Positions 55,671 through 64,000 of a stretch of DNA of 64,000 nt are shown piece after piece. The notes under the pieces were generated by a model. That model was given only the letters and a program-made list of their open reading frames with translations. It did not search any database and was not told where the DNA came from. How positions within the stretch are numbered: the first letter of the stretch is position 1; each line of letters starts with the position of its first letter. Source of the DNA: Nageia nagi (taxonomy: Eukaryota > Plantae > Pinophyta); contig JBITNC010000001.1 in NCBI GenBank assembly GCA_050084985.1, positions 160,456,001-160,520,000 of the forward strand, in the 5' to 3' direction. A program made the position numbers and the translations under genes.

Positions 55671-56692
55671 GGATGAAAGTAAGAAGTTGAGTCCACTTAA
55701 AGGGGAAGTGAGAAAAATTGATGAAGTTAAAATTCAATATCGAAAAAATTAGGATCCCAATTTAGGTTTAAGATCTAATAAATATTGGGATCTTGATATC
55801 TGAAACTAAAATATGTACCTTTATCAAGATCATGATATTTAAATCTCCAATTTTACCTCTAATTTAGGCTCAAAAAAGGCTTGGTGAGCCAACACCTAGC
55901 CTTAGACATAAAAGCATATGTTCATGGCAATGTTAATAGAAAATCTCAACTTCAAGCATATGTTTGATGGAGTTTTTGGTATAATTATTTCATGAAATTG
56001 AAACCCATTATAGATTAAAGAGCTTAGATTTCAAATATGTAATATTTTTTGCAATTGATAATATTTTATGTATTATTAATTTTTTTTAGTAAAAGTGGTC
56101 CATATACTTAAAATATGAGGGTCTCATATTTTGTTAATAATTTTTTTAGGCTAAGTTATGAAAAAAAAATATATAAGGACACACTTCAAAGAATTATCTA
56201 TAAGAATAAATAAAGATGAAAAAAATTAAGTTTATATCAAATTATGTTGGACAGACAAGAGCACTTTTTGAAACCACAAACATGGCTAGTACAAAATTAA
56301 TAAAAAAGTATTGATGCAAAAATTATGAAAAAATATCTAGGATAAGCTCCAATGTGTTAGGTATCTTTCTCTAAAAGGATTTTAAATAATACCATGATTT
56401 TAGTCAAATTATGTTGGAAAGATAATGTATGGTACGGTCAAAAATTTTTTTTTTTTAAAAAGTGATTTTTGTTCATCATATCAAATTTTAAATTCTATGA
56501 TGTAAGTATTGGAACAAATTATATATTTAAAAACTAGAATCTAAGAACTATAGTTTCATTGTAGTGATCTTTTTCATGATTCCATGTCTAAGTGCTTCAA
56601 ATTTTGAGATCAATCATACTTAAAATTGAAAATCAAGGAAAATACTTCCACTTTTTGGCCTTAAAGTGGAACCAACTTCTTGCAACCACCCC
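55671..56692. mobile_element. ~1.0-kb non-autonomous TIR element (MITE), copy 1
   Basis: TIRs GTAAGAAGTTGAGTCCACTTAAAGG / CCTTAAAGTGGAACCAACTTCTTGC; colinear with 59183-60216. Confidence 0.85.
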
Positions 56693-57649
56693 TCTATTTC
56701 TTTAAGGAATATTGGGTTTTGGGTTTCTCATTTCCAGATGCATTCTAGGGACCCACTTCAAAAGGAACATTGATGAAGATTAGAGTTAATTTCATGGGGC
56801 AAGCTTTTCTTATGTATCCTAGTAGGTCTAGATCCCATGGACATATGTGGTTTTTTATTCAGAATAGAGTGCATGGTGGAGATTTCAATTATTGTATCTT
56901 TGTTGGAAGGTATTTTCACCCCTTCTTCTAAGGACTTATCGAAGGAGTTGGTTTAGATCCAAAAGTCATAATGCTAGAAGAATAGACTACCTTACTTAGC
57001 TCAAGAAAGAAGAAACTAGATTTATCCTATCTTATATATGGGGTTGAAATGTTGGTCCCAAGATTTCGGTACCATAACTTCTAAGGGTCAATAGTTAGTC
57101 CCTTTTAGAGTGGCAAATTTTAAAATTCAAATCTCTTTAGAGATTTAGAATGATTATGGGAAAGTGTATAGGTTTTAATGTGTATCTTAAGATATGTACA
57201 TGGTTTCAAAAAATGATCATTCTTATATGTTCGTAAATTTTTTATCCCTTTCTCTCGATTGGGGAACTTTCATTTATTATTTGTACCCTTAGAAGGTTAA
57301 GGGATAATTTCAAAATAGAAACTACTTTTGATGTAACATATTTCAAGGACCTTTAAAAACCTAGATCAAGGTTATTCATTTCATAAAAATCACCCACCAA
57401 TATAACAAAAAAATTATCTCATTGATGGCATTAATGTTACTTCTTGTAACCAAAATGGCAACATAAGGTACTAGAAAGAAAGGTCAAAATTCATGAAATT
57501 TGATTTACGTATTTTGCATTTCTATTATTTTGAATATAGTTCATTTGAAATGTGATAGAACTATTTTTATGTGATACTCATATTGTATAGTCACTTTTTT
57601 TCTAGTTAAGCTTTTCAATGTAATGATTTTGAATTTTTGTAATATCTTA

Positions 57650-57832
57650 TGAAGATTGTCATCTTATATATGTAGGTACTCATCATGTATATGTAGACTC
57701 TCATCTTGTTAATTAAAATGCTCATATTTGTAATAAAGATCCTCATCTTCTTAATTAAGATCCTTATCCTCTTAATGAATATGCACATATTATTAATAAA
57801 TACACTTATCTTATATTTGTACATGATCATAA
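57650..57832. repeat. 21-bp tandem array, core AGATGCTCATCT
   Basis: About 9 units at 21-bp spacing; source of ORF 57615-57830. Confidence 0.8.
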
Positions 57833-57934
57833 TATTTGTACATAAATTATTTTGGTTATAAGATAAAAAAAAATTAAACTAATATTTCAAAGTTGCATGT
57901 ATTTTTTAATCCTTTTTAGAAAATGATATGACTT

Positions 57935-57972
<38 letters not shown>

Positions 57973-59182
57973 AAAAAATTACATTACAAACATAAAAATT
58001 AAATAAGATTAAAAAATACCACACACATACAATAATAATATATATGGATAGAAAATAATGAATAATAATAATAATAACTCAAAGGACTATTTCCCTTGGA
58101 TTTTTACTTCTATAAATACCTCTTCCTTCTCTTTCCACTTTATGTGGTATATTAATGGTATTGTTGGCTGTATCCTTATGCTTGTGTTTGTGTTGCCATT
58201 ATTGTCAAAGGAGTCTATACATCTACCATAATGTCAAAGGTCATCAAGTGTAATCTTGTTGAACTCATACAGTGTATGGGAAGTGTATGAAAAATGTGTT
58301 GAAACTTTAAGACTTGAAATGAAGCATGTATAAGGTTTGTCAATCGTCTAAGAGATGTACAACATATTATGTCAGAGTTTTGACATTAATAATAGGCATT
58401 TGGATTCAACTAGACTAGACAAAATTTGGTCTGCTCTATTCTATTGGATCTTCATCAAAATTAAATAATGTTAAAATGACTGGAGTATAACATATTTTAT
58501 TTTTCTTCCATTCTTATGAAGTTTATCCACTCCAATTCTATCGGATCTCTTCCATAATCAAATAATATGATGTGTGAAGGTGAATACTATCAGATGATGA
58601 TGTGATGAAGGTGAAGATTGATCAAATGATGAGTTAGTGAAAGTGAAGATCCTTAGATGATGATGCAAAGAAATGAAGTTTTATCCAAAGGCTTAAATAC
58701 TAATGCAAAGGAATGTGAATCTAGAATATGGAGAAATCTTGTGATACCATCACCTTTGAGTGCATATTTCCTTTATTACATTATATCTCTAGGGTATATA
58801 GAAATATGATGATATCAATGATATCTGAAGTTTGTATTTCCCTCATATAATGGTATTTCTAAGGTGTGAAGAAATGTGGTTATGTAAACTATATCTATAG
58901 TATGAATTTTCCTTCTAACATTGTGTTTTAGGGGTATGTATAAGCTTGATGACATCAATGTTACCTAGAATACTAATTCTTCAATAGCTACTACAAAATG
59001 ACCTAAGTTCGATGCAGACAACCTTAGGGAGAATGCAAAAGAGTTTATGAAGCTAAAAAAGGGCTTATGTGGTTAAGTGAAACCTTATGTGGAGTTGGAA
59101 TATATTATGTATAAGTTAATGTAGAGTTGCCAAGTTATTATTCGAAGAGCCTAGACCTTGTGACAAGAGATGCTAGAGGTGT

Positions 59183-60216
59183 GGGTGAAAACAAGAAGTT
59201 GGGTCTACTTCAAGGGGAAGTGGGGAAAATTTGCTAAGTAAAAATTTGAATTTAGAAAAATTAGGATCCTAATTTAGGTTTGGGATCTCGATATTTAAAG
59301 TAAAAATAAGTACAAAAATCAGGATCTTGATTTTAATTCATTAATATTAGGATCCATATATTTGAATCTACAATTTTGACTCAGATTTAGACTAAAAAAC
59401 TTGGTTTGGTGAACCAACACTTGGCCTTAGACCTGAAAGCATATGTTCATGACAAGTTTAATGGAAAATCTCAACTTCATGCATATGTTTGATGGAGTTT
59501 TTGGTACAATTTTTTCATGAAATTAAAACCAATTATAGATTAAAGAATGTAGATTTTAAATATTTAATTTGTTTTATAATTTGATAAGATTTTATATTTT
59601 TTAATTATTTTTTAGTAAAAATGGTGCATATGCTTGACATATGAGGGTCTTGTATTTTTTTAATAAATTCTTTTTGGGGGGTAGTTATGAAAACTAAATT
59701 ATACATGGATAAGATTTATATAATTCTCTATAAGTACAAAAAAAATGAAAAAAAGATTAAGTTTAGATAAAATTACGGTGGAAAGATGAGCACTTTTTGA
59801 AACTATAAACATGCTTGGTACAAAATTAATACAAAAATATTGATTCAAAAATTATGGAAAAATATCTAGGATAAGCTCCAATGTGTTGGGTATCTTTTCT
59901 TAAAAATATTTTAAAAAATACCTTAATTTTAGTCAAATTATGATGGATGGACACATGGATGGTATGATCTAAAAATATTTTTTTTAAAAAGTGGTTTTTG
60001 TTCAATCTATCGAATTTTAAATTCTATGATCTGGGTATTGGAAAAATTATATATTTAAAAACTAGACTGTGAGCACTACATTTTCCCATAGTTATCTTTT
60101 TATGATTCCATGTCTAAGTGCTTCAATTTTTGAGATCAAACATATCCAAACTTGATAATTAAGGAAAACACTTCCAATTTTTGGCCTTAAAGTGGACCTA
60201 ACATCTTGCACCTCCC
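59183..60216. mobile_element. ~1.0-kb MITE, copy 2, inserted in the Copia 5' LTR
   Basis: TIRs CAAGAAGTTGGGTCTACTTCAAGG / CCTTAAAGTGGACCTAACATCTTG; GGG...CCC termini flanked by TGT on both sides. Confidence 0.85.
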
Positions 60217-61494
60217 TGTGTGATGATAAAAGAAGCCATAGGCATGATTTCAAATATGGTCAAAAGTGTTATACAAAGATATAGTTGCTTATGTGATAAC
60301 TTCAATCTTTATATGGTGAGGTAAAGGATTATAAGATGCAAACAGAGCCTGAGAAGATAAAGAATAACTTATAGAGAGATTAATAGTGATATACAAATAT
60401 GTGAAGTCCTATACAAAGAAGAAATATCCTAAAACAATAGAGATAGTCTTGTACAAAGAGATTTCATAGATGCAAAAGATAAAGTTCTAGTTGTGTAGTC
60501 TAATGAGGCCTTGTGTGATAATGAATGTGCTTATGAATAATGTATGCAAACTATCAAAGTTAAAGGGTATTAGATTGGATGCAAGTAATTATTATATCAT
60601 TGATGAAAATCATGTAGTAATAGTTGAGAGAGTGATTACTCTAAATAAAGAGCTAAATATATTAATCTCATGGCCTATAGTAGTCAAAAACAATGATAAC
60701 AAGCATTAAGTGTAAATAAAGGGAGAAACTATCATAAATGTGATCATGGTCCTACATGCACATTTAAACTACCAAAAATCATGGCTTGATGTAGAGTATG
60801 TCAAGGGTTTCTATAAAGATCATCTAAGGATGTAGTGTTAAAGGTATATTATGAGTGAGAGAGGTGTATGCTATTGGTGTAGATATTTTAGATCAAAGGA
60901 GAAAATGCTATCAATGTTAACACAAATTGATTAGATTGGTAAAGAGGGTAGTACATCAGCTATTAAGATCAATTGCAGAGACCATAAGATATAGCTAGGA
61001 ATACGTTGATGAGCTACAAATTGTGAGGGTTTTGTATACAATGAAGGTATTTTTATGTCATATTTATGAATCAAAGTTCAATTCTAAGTTTGTGTTTGGT
61101 GTAGGGGTTGGTGCTCCTTATAGTTGGTGCTATAGAACTTAGGGTTAGTGATCCTTCCAATTGTTGCCGATAAAGTAGGGATTGGTTCTCCTTGCATTTG
61201 GTGCTACAAAATTTAATGATTTGTAATTCTTTAAGTTATTGTTGGTAAATGAATGTAAATTTGGTGCTTTGCATTGGGCTAGTTTTGGACTATGATCTAA
61301 GTAGTCTTTTCCCAAGGATGTAGCCTAAATGATGAACATCATTATATGTGTTGTTGTGTGATTATATATTAATTTGATTATCTTATTTTGAGTTTATTTC
61401 AACACTATATTAGTTTTAAGTACTTAGGAATTATGTTTAAATATAACATACTGATTCACCTCCCCCCTCTTAGTATCACTTCTAGTTTAACAAT

Positions 61495-61506
61495 TGGTAT
61501 CAGAGC
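61495..61506 (+). other. Primer-binding site complementary to the tRNA-iMet 3' end
   Basis: TGGTATCAGAGC, two bases after the LTR-terminal CA. Confidence 0.9.
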
Positions 61507-61569
61507 TAGACTCCTATAATGTCCAACTTCCTAAGGAGATTTAAGAAGTGACATTATTGTATGTAATTA

Positions 61570-62350
61570 AGGATTCTCATCCAATAGAGTAGCTCTCTTT
61601 AATGGTATAAACTATGCTTATTGGAAGATCAAAATGCAAATATACCTCAATACTCTAGGTTATGATGTCTGGGAAGTAGTTACCAATGGATACACAACTC
61701 CTTCTACTCCTACTATGGATGCAAATGAGAAAAAGATATTTGAGAATGATTATAGGGACAACAATGCCATCATGTGTGTATTGGTTGAAAGCTATCTAGT
61801 AAAAATCATGGGGTGCAAGACTACCAAGGAGATATGGCATAAATTGAAGAGTATCAACGATGGTGATGAAAAGTTAGAGGAATCCAAAATGTAGATGTTT
61901 AGATCTCAATTTGAGGTGCTAAAGATGAATGATGAAGAATACATTACAAATAGATGTTCCGATTCAATGAAATTATCAATTCTATTAAAGTATTAGAGGA
62001 GAAGATTGAGGATAAAGTGATTTTCAAAAATATCCTTAGATCACTATCATCCATTTTTGGTGCCAAAGTCTCAACCATAAAAGAACTAAAGGATTTAAAT
62101 ACTCTTACTATAGATGAAATGTATGGTACCTTAATTGCCTATAGGATGATGATTATAAATTCCAAGACTAATGATAAAGAAGTTTTCTTCAAATTTTCTA
62201 AAGCAAATTCAATTGAAGAAGATACTTCAGATTATGAAGAATCCAACTTTATTTAGAGACTCAAAAGAGGGTAAGGTAATTATAAAGGTAAGTTTCCTTT
62301 AAAGTGCTTCAGATATGGTTTAATTAGTCATTTGTCTAATAAATATCCCT
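61570..62350 (+). pseudogene. Copia gag (UBN2/Retrotran_gag_2 + decayed zinc knuckle)
   Basis: LFNGINYAYWKIKMQIYL..DVWEVVTNGY..CKTTKEIWHKLKS; NILRSLSSIFGAKVSTIKELKDLNTLTIDEMYGTLIAY; KCFRYGLISHLSNKYP. Confidence 0.9.
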
Positions 62351-63244
62351 ACAAGGAGAAAAGCCTCATTTCTAAAGAAGATAATTATGAAGGAGATGAA
62401 TATAAATATGATACTAGTGAAGTTTCATTTATAGATTTTAAATATTTAGAATTTAATGGTACTATAATTGATTCAAATTTTAATAAAGTGAAGAAAAATA
62501 AGAGCCAAAAGGTGGAAATGGTTCCATTTCATTCACACTAGCTAGTTTATGGTTGCACATTCTTAGGGAGAGAAATTCCTAGTTTATATTATATGCTTCT
62601 ATGTATGGTTGCTATTATTTTTATTGCTTACTTGAACTTGAGAATTGTACATGAATTTAGTGGGAGTATTTCAATTACTTATCTTCCTACCCTCAAACTT
62701 AGTCTTCATAAGTTATCTTTCTTATTTTGTCCAAGAAATTGGTGTCTAGTATCTTATTGATTAAGATTGCTATGTACAACAATAACTTTCTATCTTACAA
62801 TACCACTTCCTTACACATTTTATTTTTATCATATTACATCAAGGAGAAAATGTTATATTATTTGGGCTTCTTATTGTTGTCATTCATTTGTTTGAAGATT
62901 ACATATTTTGGTGTATTATCAGATGATGAAGAAGAAAAGAGACTAATTTTATGCCAATATGTTGAATCTTGGTGTTTTATTTATTCTTGGTGGAGATTGC
63001 TATTAAGTTGTAGATATGCTTCAGTGTCCTTATAATACATCATTGATATTATTGAAAAAAATGGGGAGATAGGTATTGAATGGAGTGAGTTTTTACAACA
63101 ATGGTAAAGAGGGAGATTATTTACCATATGCTTATGCTTGTGTTGGTGTTCTCATTATTATCAAAGGAGTCTGCACATATGCCATAATATCAAAGGTGAT
63201 CAAGTGCAATTATGTTAAAGTCATACAATATATGAGAATGAAGG

Positions 63245-64000
63245 ATTTGAACAATAACATAAGAAACTCTAAAGTACCAAGATCTCATGAAAGCATAGAA
63301 TTCATATCTAAATAAATCTAATAAGATAATATCACAACATAACATAAGATGTAAGTGGTTCCTCCAATTAAGAGTACATCAACTAACTAGATCTCACTTC
63401 TCAACAAATATGAACTCTTACAAATCTCCTAATCTTCATCTCTTAAACACTATCCTATAGCATAACTTTATGCCACAAATTGATGTATGATACAAAGAGA
63501 GAGCCTTCTATTTATAGGCCAAAATCTCTCTTTGGATCACCCTTTTACCCAATGTATAAAATCATGACATGCACATCCTTTTACCGAAGGAGCATGCTCA
63601 TAACATGGAGTGTAGGACAAGTTACATTATCATATTCACTTAAATACTTAAGGTATCTAATGATACACTTAAGTATTAATAAATTTATAAAGCAAATTAA
63701 TACAAACCTTTATAATAATGTATTATACATTCCAACACTCTCCCTTAATGTAATATTTGGATAGAGTGAATAAGAGAGAAGGAAGAGAGAAAATAAGAAA
63801 GTTATCCTCCAAATAGATACAATAAAGATGAGAAATTTTTACATATTTATAAATTAAGAAAGATCTAGTTTGAGGCTCACTACATTACTAAATACAATCA
63901 TTAATCACAACTGGTTTCAATGTACATGAAGTAGTCATCCAACTGGAAGTCATGAAGAATATCCAAGATCCTAAATATAAGAAATAAGTAACTTACAATC
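63245..64000 (-). mobile_element. 3' end (PPT + LTR) of a second LTR retrotransposon in opposite orientation
   Basis: Minus strand reads TTAAGGGAGAG|TGTTGGA (PPT ~63738-63747, LTR starts 63737) and CCTATAAATAG at ~63508-63518; it truncates the SIRE 3' LTR. Confidence 0.55.

Larger units (their letters stand above)
58162..63240 (+). mobile_element. Ty1/Copia SIRE/Maximus-like element, gag-only; 5' LTR 58162-61492, 3' LTR from 63118 (truncated)
   Basis: 58162-58280 matches 63118-63240; the LTR ends ATTCACCTCCCCCCTCT...CA; PBS; two PPT-like tracts at ~63055-63070 and 63106-63116. Confidence 0.8.

Overview
Very AT-rich, CpG-depleted land-plant nuclear DNA. The gene and PPR motif styles look gymnosperm-like; the low GC and short introns would fit a gnetophyte, but that is inference. 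Only two gene-like, CpG-retaining islands are present. (1) A four-exon SABATH-family SAM-dependent carboxyl methyltransferase (26186-27685, +), intact except for a 1-bp insertion in exon 3. (2) A four-exon TIR-domain + coiled-coil gene without NB-ARC/LRR (52541-51144, -), broken by several lesions and invisible as a single ORF. The rest is mostly decayed repeats. These include scrambled PLS/E+/DYW PPR fragments over 0-23 kb, a pol-less Ogre/Tat Gypsy with an antisense plant-mobile-domain ORF, a 5'-truncated L1 LINE, and a hAT transposase facing a PMD/DUF1985-like gene between inverted repeat arrays. There are also two copies of a ~1 kb MITE, a gag-only SIRE-type Copia, a foldback palindrome, phased arrays of CpG-decayed palindromes and (TA)n microsatellites. 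No CRISPR array, rRNA or intact tRNA was seen. All calls come from manual reading and translation; no database search was run.
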